Assembly: GCA_050011875.1 (NCBI GenBank)
Contig: JBEKIG010000008.1
Span: 30,158-94,157 of the forward strand
Source of the DNA: Nitrososphaeria archaeon
GTDB lineage: Archaea; Thermoproteota; Nitrososphaeria; JACIWG01
Length of the DNA: 64,000 nt
Reading direction: 5' to 3'
Shown: positions 52,047-60,693 of the stretch, piece after piece
Position numbering within the stretch: the stretch's first letter is position 1
How the letters are laid out: the number at the start of each line of letters is the position of its first letter
Program-made: the position numbers and the translations under genes
The notes under the pieces: model-generated
What the model was told of the DNA's origin: nothing
Databases searched by the model: none
Seen by the model: the letters and a program-made list of their open reading frames with translations, nothing else

Positions 52047-52493
52047 TCAACGAATTATCAGTTCATAATCTTTTTTCTTTACATATTCTCCTGATAAAGA
52101 TATAGTCTTATGATAGGTTTTGCCAGTTGGATACTTTTGAACTTTTGTTAAGGATAAAACAAGGAGAGGTTTCTTATAACTAAGCTGTGTTTGACTGGTA
52201 GTATAATAATCGTAAAATTCTTTCTCAGAGAGAACTAAACTTTCTTTATACTTTGCCAGAATTTCTTTGTAAGAAAGAAACTCTATGTTAGCTATTTCTG
52301 CTTCTCCTGCCAATGTTTTTCCAGAACCTGAAACATAAAGAAAAAGTTTCATCCCTTTTTTAAGACGATATTTCTTTAAATCTCTTGGAGTAAAATGAAT
52401 TTTTTTAACGAAAACCGTTTTCTGCCCATCCATTATTCTATGAACTTGTTGCGGTAGAATAGGAAACACAACACCTACAACTTCTTCCTTCAT
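52047..52493 (-). CDS. DUF365 family (PUA/ASCH-like) protein
   Basis: VGVVFPI...R...KTVFVK, GMKL.LY.S...GEAEI. Confidence 0.8.
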   Translation of the reverse strand: MKEEVVGVVFPILPQQVHRIMDGQKTVFVKKIHFTPRDLKKYRLKKGMKLFLYVSGSGKTLAGEAEIANIEFLSYKEILAKYKESLVLSEKEFYDYYTTSQTQLSYKKPLLVLSLTKVQKYPTGKTYHKTISLSGEYVKKKDYELIIR

Positions 52494-52530
52494 AAACTAT
52501 GTTAAAAATAACGACATTATTATGCTTTAA

Positions 52531-52636
52531 ATGATAAAGGTTGAAGGACAAAACAAATGGGTGACTTTAATCCAGAACGTAAGCTATCAACCGAAAGGTA
52601 AAACCAACATCAGTCAACCGCAGAGGTAACAGAACC
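52531..52636 (+). pseudogene. Transposase C-terminal relic (32-codon mini-ORF) running into an IS6-like IR end
   Basis: MIKVEGQNKWVTLIQNVSYQPKGKTNISQPQR* versus IKIKGENKWITLIQNAS; ends in GTAACAGAACC. Confidence 0.8.
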
Positions 52637-52671
52637 TTTATTTATAACAAGCATAAATATTATGTGATAAT

Positions 52672-53154
52672 ATGACCGAATTAACTGCAACAGAAGGAAA
52701 TGATATTAATTTAAAAAGAAGAGACTACTTATTAGCTCTCCTATCTTCTTTAGGTGATAAAAATACCGAAAATAATCCAATTGATGGAAGACTCCGTCTA
52801 ATGAAAGGGCTTTTTCTTATAGCTGAAGAGGTTGATAAAAGTTTATTGAATGAATTTGAACCGTGGACGTATGGTCCTATCAACTTTAAAGTTTATACTG
52901 ACCTTGAAGATTTACAGAAGGAAAAATTATTGATGGATGATAAAACCCAAAGGATAAGTATTGGTTATTATTATTTGACAAAAAAAGGAAAAGCTAAGGC
53001 AAAGAGAATAATTGAATCATTTAATGATGAGCAAATTGACAAAATTAGAGACATCAAGTCTACAATCACAAAGAACTCTCTGAGAGACCTTCTAAAACTT
53101 GTATATTCAAAATATCCTGAATACGCAACTAAGAGTGTAATTAATATCTCATAA
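52672..53154 (+). CDS. SocA/Panacea (DUF4065/YwgA-like) protein
   Basis: GRLRLMKGLFL, FEPWTYGP, Y.LT.KG, LLKLVYSKYPEY. Confidence 0.72.
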   Translation: MTELTATEGNDINLKRRDYLLALLSSLGDKNTENNPIDGRLRLMKGLFLIAEEVDKSLLNEFEPWTYGPINFKVYTDLEDLQKEKLLMDDKTQRISIGYYYLTKKGKAKAKRIIESFNDEQIDKIRDIKSTITKNSLRDLLKLVYSKYPEYATKSVINIS

Positions 53155-53166
53155 TGATGAACTGGA

Positions 53167-53919
53167 TTGACTCTCATCACAGCTCTTGTTTGTTGCGATG
53201 GCGTAGTGATGGCATCTGAAAGTCAAGCCACAACGAGTGCAACTGGTACCCCTGTTAAACAAAAGACCTCCAAGATTAAACAATGCTCTAACAGCCCTAT
53301 TATTTGGGGAGCAGCAGGTGATGTATCAGTTATTCAAAAAATAGAAAAGGAATTAGATAGACAAATATCTCAAATGTCAAATATCTCGACACAGTTAGTA
53401 GTTGATATTGTTAAGAACGCTATGGTGGGCATTAGACAGGAAACGATAAGCAGATACCGTGGTATATATGGTTCCCTGATTGGTGATAGAAAAGCCCCAG
53501 CAGCAGTTACAATGGTTGTTGGCTACGAACAAAGTTTACCTACTATAATCATAATCGATCAAGATGGCGAAGATGTTGATTGCCATGAATTTGGTTATGC
53601 AGCTATCGGTATTGGTGATATTTTTGCTCATTCTCTTCTCCACAACCACAAAATTGGCGATATTACTTGCCTCAGAGGTCAAGTTTTAGCATACAAGGTT
53701 ATTAAAGAAGCTATAGAAGTGGGAGCCTATGGTTTAGGCGAGCCAGTAGATGTTTGGGCTATCCAGTTTGCGGATAACAAGCCCAAGATTAATCATCTAT
53801 CACAAGAGCAAATTAACGCCCTTGAAGATACTCATGATGCACTGAAAAAACTTGAGATAAATCTCTTCAAAGAGCTACAGATGGGTGAGCCCAGCAATAC
53901 TTCATCACCCGACGGTTAA
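53167..53919 (+). CDS. Proteasome-beta-like Ntn hydrolase without propeptide
   Basis: M-TLITALVCCDGVVMASESQAT: Thr1, Glu17, Lys in SKI; WGAAG; AAIGIG; TTG start. Confidence 0.82.
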   Translation: MTLITALVCCDGVVMASESQATTSATGTPVKQKTSKIKQCSNSPIIWGAAGDVSVIQKIEKELDRQISQMSNISTQLVVDIVKNAMVGIRQETISRYRGIYGSLIGDRKAPAAVTMVVGYEQSLPTIIIIDQDGEDVDCHEFGYAAIGIGDIFAHSLLHNHKIGDITCLRGQVLAYKVIKEAIEVGAYGLGEPVDVWAIQFADNKPKINHLSQEQINALEDTHDALKKLEINLFKELQMGEPSNTSSPDG

Positions 53920-53961
53920 CAGGGAGAACAATCACCCGACATCTTAACAAAACCAGTCTAT

Positions 53962-54010
53962 CTAAATTTAGAAGGACAAAACAAGTGGATAACCTTAATA
54001 CGAAATGTCA
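53962..54010 (+). pseudogene. Second transposase C-terminal relic
   Basis: LNLEGQNKWITLIRNV; nucleotide match AAAACAAGTGGATAAC to the transposase 3' end. Confidence 0.8.
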
Positions 54011-54072
54011 ATTATTGTCACAATTGTTATAGAAAGGTTAAATATGCATCCAATTTACTGTATCCATAATAA

Positions 54073-54483
54073 GTGATCATTTTGCCGTTATCGGACGATG
54101 CTAAAGAATTTCTAAACAATTATTTTGAAAAAACAATTGGTCTTCCCATAAAGTTTGAATATGTATGGTTTTATCGCCCTGTTTTTCACGAACTTCCTTT
54201 TGAGAATATTGAACCAATAGAAGATATTAAAAGGGCAAGTGGCTGTGAAGCACTTTATGTCCTATTTAAAATGCGTTATCAAAATAGAGATTATGAATAT
54301 GAAGTAAGATTTAGTAATAATAATAGAGAGTTAATTTTGAAGAATTGCTTCCTCAAGTATTTTAGTATATTTGCTCATGAACAACCTGAAGATGTAGCTA
54401 AAGATATAAACAAAAAAATGGAAGGGACGGCTAAGCTCGTCTGCATGGTTATTGTGACAAGCTTGGAGAAGCTTAACTCTTAG
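54073..54483 (+). CDS. Hypothetical cargo protein
   Basis: 136-aa ORF with BRE/TATA-like GAAAGGTTAAATA upstream. Confidence 0.6.
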   Translation: MIILPLSDDAKEFLNNYFEKTIGLPIKFEYVWFYRPVFHELPFENIEPIEDIKRASGCEALYVLFKMRYQNRDYEYEVRFSNNNRELILKNCFLKYFSIFAHEQPEDVAKDINKKMEGTAKLVCMVIVTSLEKLNS

Positions 54484-54808
54484 TTTCGAGCAGCTTAATC
54501 AATTGTGGTCGTATTTTGTCGAATTTATCAGTAAGCTCGTAAAATCGCCCAGCTCTACCTGCTGGAGAATTTGGGCGTTCTATGAACTTAAATTGGCTTT
54601 TAACGAATCCATTCTCTTCTAAAGTCGACAAATGAAATGATACAAGCTGTCGGTCTGCTCCAATCTTTTCTGCTATTTGATCAATATAGCGGGGCTGTCC
54701 ATCTTCTTTTAGTGCATTTATGATTTTCCATCGCATCGGATGTAGCACTAACACGCCATCCTTTATTGTTTTTTCATTCTTAGGTTCCTGACTCATATAT
54801 CCTAACAC
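54473..54808 (-). CDS. ArsR-like winged-helix regulator
   Basis: LHPMRWKII..L, IAEKIG..RQLVSFHL..LE..G.V, FYELT. Confidence 0.85.
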   Translation of the reverse strand: MLGYMSQEPKNEKTIKDGVLVLHPMRWKIINALKEDGQPRYIDQIAEKIGADRQLVSFHLSTLEENGFVKSQFKFIERPNSPAGRAGRFYELTDKFDKIRPQLIKLLETKS

Positions 54809-54840
54809 CTATCATTATGCGTTATACACTCCTATATCAA

Positions 54841-54923
54841 GTTATTGTATTTGCACGTAAAAAAGATATTAGCATATGCTCAAGGTTATTGTATTTGCAC
54901 GTAAAAAAGATATTAGCATATGC
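54841..54923. repeat. Exact 39-bp direct repeat (44-bp period) in a divergent promoter region
   Basis: GTTATTGTATTTGCACGTAAAAAAGATATTAGCATATGC at 54841-54879 and 54885-54923. Confidence 0.92.
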
Positions 54924-54958
54924 AAATATAATTTTATATAGTACCATCATAATATCTA

Positions 54959-55156
54959 ATGTGCGATAAAATGTCAAAGGATAATGATTGGCTTAACATC
55001 GTCGGAGCCTTATTAGGTATCGTTGCGAGTTTAATGACAATAGGTGCTTATTTCAATAGAACTACCTGTCCATGTGATGGTACGAGACTCCCCCTCGTAG
55101 GCGACACCGAAATTTTTGGAAAACGTTACTGTGCAACATGCAAAGAATGGCATTAA
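54959..55156 (+). CDS. Small TM-anchored zinc-ribbon protein
   Basis: One TM helix then CPCD...CATC. Confidence 0.65.
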   Translation: MCDKMSKDNDWLNIVGALLGIVASLMTIGAYFNRTTCPCDGTRLPLVGDTEIFGKRYCATCKEWH

Positions 55157-55270
55157 TCACCAAATGGTGGAAAAGAGGGCACCGAGAACCTGATGCGTTT
55201 GTTTTTTGTTCAGCATAAATCAAACTATTTACTCTAAATCTTTTAAAGTCTCAAAATATAGATTGTTGGT

Positions 55271-55762
55271 ATGAAAACCGCCATCTTTTTGGTTGGAGAT
55301 TATAATAGTGGCAAATCATCCATAGTTAGAGCATTAACTGGTTGCTCCAGAGCACGTATTTGGAAGGTGATTAATGCATCAGGAAGAAAGATAAATGCTC
55401 TTGTCATATTATCTACATTCCAAGAAAACCCTATTAAAGCAATAATCCCACCAGAAGACTTACCAAATGAATTAGAGAGACAATATGGAGATTACGAATT
55501 GTTAATATGTCCGATTGAAATAAGCCACTCGGAAGATCATAAATCTGAGGAATATCTGAAGTCATTCATGTCTAAAAAATATGATGTGAAAATAACTCTT
55601 ATTGAAAAAGGATACGACGGCAGATCACCAGCCCCATCAGACCTTAGCCGAGTCAGAGACTTTGCTTCAACTAATGGAATTACCCTACTCCCCTTAGATA
55701 TATCGAATAGTGATGAACATACGGAATCCCGAAAAATAAGAGACAAACTTTACCCACCTTAA
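55271..55762 (+). CDS. Small P-loop NTPase of unknown family
   Basis: GDYNSGKS Walker A at the N-terminus; no clear DxxG or NKxD. Confidence 0.75.
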   Translation: MKTAIFLVGDYNSGKSSIVRALTGCSRARIWKVINASGRKINALVILSTFQENPIKAIIPPEDLPNELERQYGDYELLICPIEISHSEDHKSEEYLKSFMSKKYDVKITLIEKGYDGRSPAPSDLSRVRDFASTNGITLLPLDISNSDEHTESRKIRDKLYPP

Positions 55763-55888
55763 TAATTCTCCACGCCATGTTAGTCTGGTTAACAGCAACA
55801 AGAACGTTAGAGCATGTTTGATTAAGTTAACAGAACCCAGAAAAGGAATACTTAAATATATCCTAATTACAAATAATAATGAATACTT

Positions 55889-56404
55889 ATGTCCAAAGAG
55901 AAAAAGGGAGCACTTGTAGTTAAGAAGGCAAATAAGCCTGCGATTGTCGTTAAAAAACCTCAACCCAGTGAAATTCAAGAGTTCAACAAGTTGTTAGATA
56001 CGTTTCGGAGTGAGTTAATTTGGGATCCCTTCCGAGGATTCGAGTGGCCTATTGAATATGAACTCCCGACACGAATACCCTATGTTGATGTTATCGACTC
56101 TGGTAACGAGTATGAAGTAAGAGCAGAGCTTCCAGGGTTGAAAAAGGAAAACGTGAAGATTGAAGTTGGGACGAACGAGTTGTCGCTGACTGCTAAATCT
56201 GATGTTGAGAAGGAGGAAAAGGAGGGAAAAACCTATTTGCACAGGGAAAGAGCTTTCTCCGCATTCCGCAGATATATAGGATTCCCCGAAGGCGTAGATG
56301 TTGAAAAAGTATCAGCTAACATAGCTGAAGGTATCCTCGAAATAAAACTTCCCAAACTCGAGCACAAGCCTGAAACGAAAAGAAAACAGATAACAATCCA
56401 ATAA
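55889..56404 (+). CDS. Hsp20/alpha-crystallin small heat-shock protein
   Basis: VDV, AELPG, F.R.I.FP, A....GILEIKLPK, ITI. Confidence 0.95.
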   Translation: MSKEKKGALVVKKANKPAIVVKKPQPSEIQEFNKLLDTFRSELIWDPFRGFEWPIEYELPTRIPYVDVIDSGNEYEVRAELPGLKKENVKIEVGTNELSLTAKSDVEKEEKEGKTYLHRERAFSAFRRYIGFPEGVDVEKVSANIAEGILEIKLPKLEHKPETKRKQITIQ

Positions 56405-56658
56405 ACCTTTTTTTAACCATCCTTCGTATATGCCAGAATTGGGATTTACATGTGTATTTAGTTAATAACATCGTTAATTCATAGTATTTTCCAAGTCTAG
56501 GATTTATCCTGAACGTATCTGCAACTTATGGAGTATCTTAAGACCTAATCTGATTTGTGATATTTTCGTTTAACTTGTATCTCCCTTAACTATTAAGAAA
56601 CACCAGCGAGAACAGCACATTAACCAATAAATAATGAAGATTAAGGTCAACTGTAAAC

Positions 56659-56862
56659 TTACGGCTTTATGCCTTGATTATGAGGTTTCCAAAGTGTGAG
56701 ACTTAGCACTATAGCAACTAAGGCTGCCAAAACGCCACCTATGAAGGGTGCATAGGGTTCTAAGCCTAAAAAATGGGCAATAGTGAGTGTCACGAACGTC
56801 GCAGCAAAAACTATCAGAGCTGACAGTGCCAGTGTTGCCCTAGACGGTTTGTATGTGTTCAA
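56659..56862 (-). CDS. Small two-TM protein
   Basis: 67 aa, two hydrophobic helices. Confidence 0.55.
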   Translation of the reverse strand: MNTYKPSRATLALSALIVFAATFVTLTIAHFLGLEPYAPFIGGVLAALVAIVLSLTLWKPHNQGIKP

Positions 56863-57139
56863 TTAACTCTCAATACATATACTGATACAGCATTATATTA
56901 GGATTTTTTATCTACAATAAATCCTATTTTACCCTCAAAGATTGAATGTATTGAAGTCTATGATAGAACTGGAAAGTAAGTTAAAAGATTTGTAGCTGAA
57001 TCTTCCAGAGAATATTTGAAATACTACATATGGAGTGATATAGAATAAATCCGTCCATTAGGCTATACTCCCAATAATCAGACTACGAAAATAGTTCTTT
57101 CATAAAGGCTTAAATGAATTGATTTAGTCGTATCTAGTT

Positions 57140-57388
57140 ATGTTTAAGGAAAAGTGTCCTCAATGTGGACAAGGAGATCTTGTTGACGTTGAAAAAACGG
57201 AAAAAAGGAATGTTGAGGTAAGGAAATTTTCTTGTGGCCACAAAGTAATATCAGTAATCGCTGGTATAAGTTCTGAACTTGGAATTAAAAGTAGGATGGA
57301 ACGAGGCCCTGAACATAGTAAAGAAGTGGAAAAAAGAAGCAAGCGTTATCATGATAGTGGAAAGAGGAAGAAGGGCAAGGGGATTTAA
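57140..57388 (+). CDS. Small zinc-ribbon protein with basic tail
   Basis: CPQC...CGH; AAAGGCTTAAAT promoter-like element upstream. Confidence 0.55.
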   Translation: MFKEKCPQCGQGDLVDVEKTEKRNVEVRKFSCGHKVISVIAGISSELGIKSRMERGPEHSKEVEKRSKRYHDSGKRKKGKGI

Positions 57389-57838
57389 GTGAAAAAAGTT
57401 TTAGGAAGTCTCTTTACTTTGAACAGACAGATTTTATCATCACCATTCAATGTAAAAAGCCTATGAAGTGTGGATAACAGATGGTTATGCCAAACCGTTC
57501 ACAGGAATAGAAGAAGAATGGAACTAAAACACTACCCAAGTTTCAATTACAAAATAGTATCAAAAATATAGAATTGGGAAACCTCTATTTAATTGATGGA
57601 TAAGGGCTTCTTTAAATAGGAGGACCACTATCAAAAAACCGATAGATATGTGTCTTAACAGATTTTATACCGTTAAAGGAGGCTATTTCACTAAGAGCAT
57701 AAGCTATCAATGGCTTAGACAACTAAGAAGCTATAGAAACAGCTAACTAATCTTAGTTGTGGTCCACAATATTCAGGTAAGGTCAAGGTTAATAAGGCGT
57801 TGCATCTTGCTAATCTATTTTTAACGTAATTGTTATTA

Positions 57839-58000
57839 TTACTTCTTTTTACTTTTAGATTGGCTTATATTGATACCGTGGCCAGACTGTCTCATAGCTT
57901 TGTCAAGATGGTCCATTACTTTTCCGGACTCGTATGCTTGCCTATTTTTTGTATGTTTGGCTTTTCCAACTGTGTATTCCCTCTTCTTCTTTGCCGGCAT
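57839..58000 (-). CDS. Small basic protein (53 aa), not in the ORF track
   Basis: MPAKKKREYTVGKAKHTKNRQAYESGKVMDHLDKAMRQSGHGINISQSKSKKK*. Confidence 0.55.
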   Translation of the reverse strand: MPAKKKREYTVGKAKHTKNRQAYESGKVMDHLDKAMRQSGHGINISQSKSKKK

Positions 58001-58091
58001 TATCCATCGGAACAGCCTAGAACGTTCGAAGATTTAATCTTAAAATTGATTTCCTTTTTATTATCTCAAGGATCTTGTTGTATGAAAATTT

Positions 58092-58391
58092 TTAACCTTT
58101 CCACAGGCCAAGGATTAACCCTATTATGAAAAATATTGAAGCATATGGTAGCAGATTGATAAAGGGACTTGCTCCTGACCAAATTTGTGGTAGAAACTTT
58201 AGTGCCGAGTTTGCAATGTCTCTAAGAGATGGCAGCGCTAGTGTGTATCCTATAACAAACAATACAACTAAAAGTAGGATAATTGCTAAAATGAGCTTAA
58301 ACGCGACTTTAATAATTATACCCACGATCAATCCAAGGATTAAAGGTATTATTATGGGTAATATCCACGCCAAATCTGATGGAATGGTCAT
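58092..58391 (-). CDS. Small membrane protein, FUN14-like
   Basis: LILGLIVGIIIKVAFKL...F.IG..LG. Confidence 0.65.
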   Translation of the reverse strand: MTIPSDLAWILPIIIPLILGLIVGIIIKVAFKLILAIILLLVVLFVIGYTLALPSLRDIANSALKFLPQIWSGASPFINLLPYASIFFIIGLILGLWKG

Positions 58392-58780
58392 ACCTTAAGT
58401 TTAGCATCACTAGGATTTAAAAGTTTGTTAAAATGAAACCACTCCGCTTTCGAAGGCTTTAACACTAGGTTTCATATGGAACAATATAATCCTTTTCAGG
58501 TTACAGGTTACAAAATATATGTAGCCACCAAATGTAGCGTAGTTAGCAGGCCTGTGCGACTACCTCAGGATCTCTTGGCTCTATATCCCAAGCCACCAAT
58601 CCTACCTTCTTTTTGTATTTAGCTATTTGCGAAAATAACAGAAGATGGGCTGTCGATGCCAAAAGCAAAGTTCTTATGAGATACCTGAGGTTGCAGTAGC
58701 ATCTGTCAACAGCTTATTCAGAAGAGTTTGGTTTTCCCTCAAAATGAAGGGACAAACATTTTCTCTTTAATACTCTTCAT

Positions 58781-59266
58781 CTAGAAGTGATTCATGATAA
58801 AATCCCTAGCAGTTTTGTGTGTAGCCATAAGTCCAACGATCTTTTTTGTAAGTTCGGCTATTTGCGCGTCGAACAGTCTTGTTATAACCAGTGAAAACAT
58901 AAACCCAAAAATGCCGATGATAACTCCTTGGGCAAAGTCTATTTTGCCTAAGTACAAGATGAATATTAATGTAATGGCGGAACCTAGCTCCCCCATTATG
59001 AAGGCTCTTATGATAAAGTATAGTCGCTGTAACCATGTAGAAAGCAACAGTGCCTTGATCACTGCTCTTTTTCCGGTCTCACTTTCAGCTCCAGATGCAA
59101 CACTTCCTACCTGTTGTAGCATCATTTTTGTGTAATTCACGTCTGATAAACGTAGTATCTTTTTTGCATAAGTAGCGCTTGATAAATCCTTGGAAGTTGC
59201 GCTTTCAAGCTCTAACAAAACTCTTTGTGCTATGACGTCTATTTCGGCATCTACTTTAGTTGCCAT
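58781..59266 (-). CDS. Hypothetical membrane protein
   Basis: Start at MATKV after GGGTGG RBS; two C-terminal TM helices. Confidence 0.7.
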   Translation of the reverse strand: MATKVDAEIDVIAQRVLLELESATSKDLSSATYAKKILRLSDVNYTKMMLQQVGSVASGAESETGKRAVIKALLLSTWLQRLYFIIRAFIMGELGSAITLIFILYLGKIDFAQGVIIGIFGFMFSLVITRLFDAQIAELTKKIVGLMATHKTARDFIMNHF

Positions 59267-59530
59267 TATCCCACCCGAATGATTGACCAAAACTGCACTA
59301 AATGCTTTTTGTTTGCGTATGAACATGGTAACTGTTCTCGCCGTTGGGCATCCTAATTCAGGACCAAGAAATCTACAAAACCCTAATCCTGTAGATCCTT
59401 AGACTCATAAAATTAGGATTGAAAGACCTACAACCATTGACGTGGAAGCGCGTCAAATAATTTCGCGATAAGTTATTGTAAGTTAGATATCGTCATAAGG
59501 TTTATATGAGCCATTGTCAAGCCATAAATT

Positions 59531-59960
59531 ATGTCCGTAGAAAAGAAAGAAGTTGAAGAAATTGCGAACAAAGTTAGTTCGAAGATACAGGATTCGCTTG
59601 ATCAGGTAAATCGCGGTATACAAAAACTTAGAGAAGATGTAGAAGGAGGAGTTGACAAAGCGCAGACTCTAACTATTATTCGGCTCTGTTAAAGAGAAAG
59701 TCTTCAACTATCTTGAGAACTTGATATTAGGGGCTGTGAAGGAAAAGATAAACAAATTCATTCAAACTTTCTTTAGAATGTTGATCTTGTTGGCTGCAGC
59801 CCTTACATTTTTTTTAATCGGGTTTATTTATGTTACCTTTGGCATCATCAAGGCTCTGGCAATTGTAATACCAGAATGGGCTAGTTTGATCGTTGTTGGT
59901 TTGATAATACTGGTTCTTGGTTATATTGTATTCAGAGAATTTAGCAGAAAACTCAAGTGA
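59531..59960 (+). pseudogene. Frameshifted coiled-coil plus 2-TM (YqjE/holin-X-like) protein
   Basis: MSVEKKEVEE...DKAQTL (frame 2) continues as LLFGSVKEKVFNYLENLILGAVKEK... (frame 3) near 59670. Confidence 0.55.
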
Positions 59961-60162
59961 ATGAACACTTAAAAGACTCGAAATTAATTATTTAGAAACC
60001 TAAAATTATCCAGAATATAGCAAAAGTTAACGTAATTAATTCATGCTAAAAAAGAAAAATGGAGGATTGCGGATTTTGCCTCCACCTGTCGTGGGTTTAA
60101 ATCCCAGCTAACCAATGCTTCAAGTCGCAAGTGACCTTTGTTTTTATACTATTACCCTTGCA

Positions 60163-60321
60163 TTATCTCCCAGTTAAAACGTTCCTTCCTTTCCAGAGCC
60201 GATAGACAACTATGATTATGGCGATCACGATCAGTAGGTTTATCAATGAGCCGATGCCGGCAAAGAGTCCCAATATCCACAGTATCACGAGTATGACAAC
60301 GACTGTCAACAACAAATCCAT
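60163..60321 (-). CDS. lmo0937/DUF5670-like small membrane protein (52 aa), not in the ORF track
   Basis: MDLLLTVVVILVILWILGLFAGIGSLINLLIVIAIIIVVYRLWKGR; GGTGGGG RBS. Confidence 0.75.
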   Translation of the reverse strand: MDLLLTVVVILVILWILGLFAGIGSLINLLIVIAIIIVVYRLWKGRNVLTGR

Positions 60322-60693
60322 TTCTAATTATCCCCACCTTGTTAGGGACAATATGACTAATAAACTCGATGTTTACATGGCGCGTCATTTTAAAAAAATG
60401 TATTTTTTGTTACATTATGCCTGAACAATCTTTTTCTGCTGTACGTGCCGGTTTGCCAGGAACATCCAACCTCTATGGGTTTATGATTGTTGTCAGCCTT
60501 ATGATTATTATTTCTGGAGTTGAGTGATATTCAAGTAAAAGGGTCGGTTTAATTAAGAACAGCCTAGTCAGGTAATTTGGGATAAAATAATATAAAGGTA
60601 ATAGAAAATATATGGAGTGATCTAAGTGGTCCATATTAGATTGAACAAACTGGCAGAGAAATTCCTTGACGAATCCCAAGTAGGTGAATTCAC

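Larger units (their letters stand above)
46641..55837. mobile_element. 9.2-kb single-transposase IS6-like cargo transposon
   Basis: 68-bp TIRs (46641-46708 and 55770-55837, 58/68 identical, GGTTCTGTTAACTTA...); 8-bp TSD CAGAAAAG at 46633-46640 and 55838-55845; encloses an IS6-type transposase. Confidence 0.93.

Noticed and set aside
57830-58129. 99-aa plus-strand ORF
   Set aside because: Antisense to a more protein-like 53-aa basic ORF and overlaps the 58092-58391 gene
60090-60108. CGTGGGTTTAAATCCCAGC, resembling a tRNA T-arm
   Set aside because: No acceptor stem or rest of a cloverleaf; no integrase nearby; no tRNA or rRNA gene could be supported in this window
60152-60424. Track ORFs 60152-60388 (-) and 60212-60424 (+)
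   Set aside because: Better explained by the 52-aa lmo0937-like ORF in another frame
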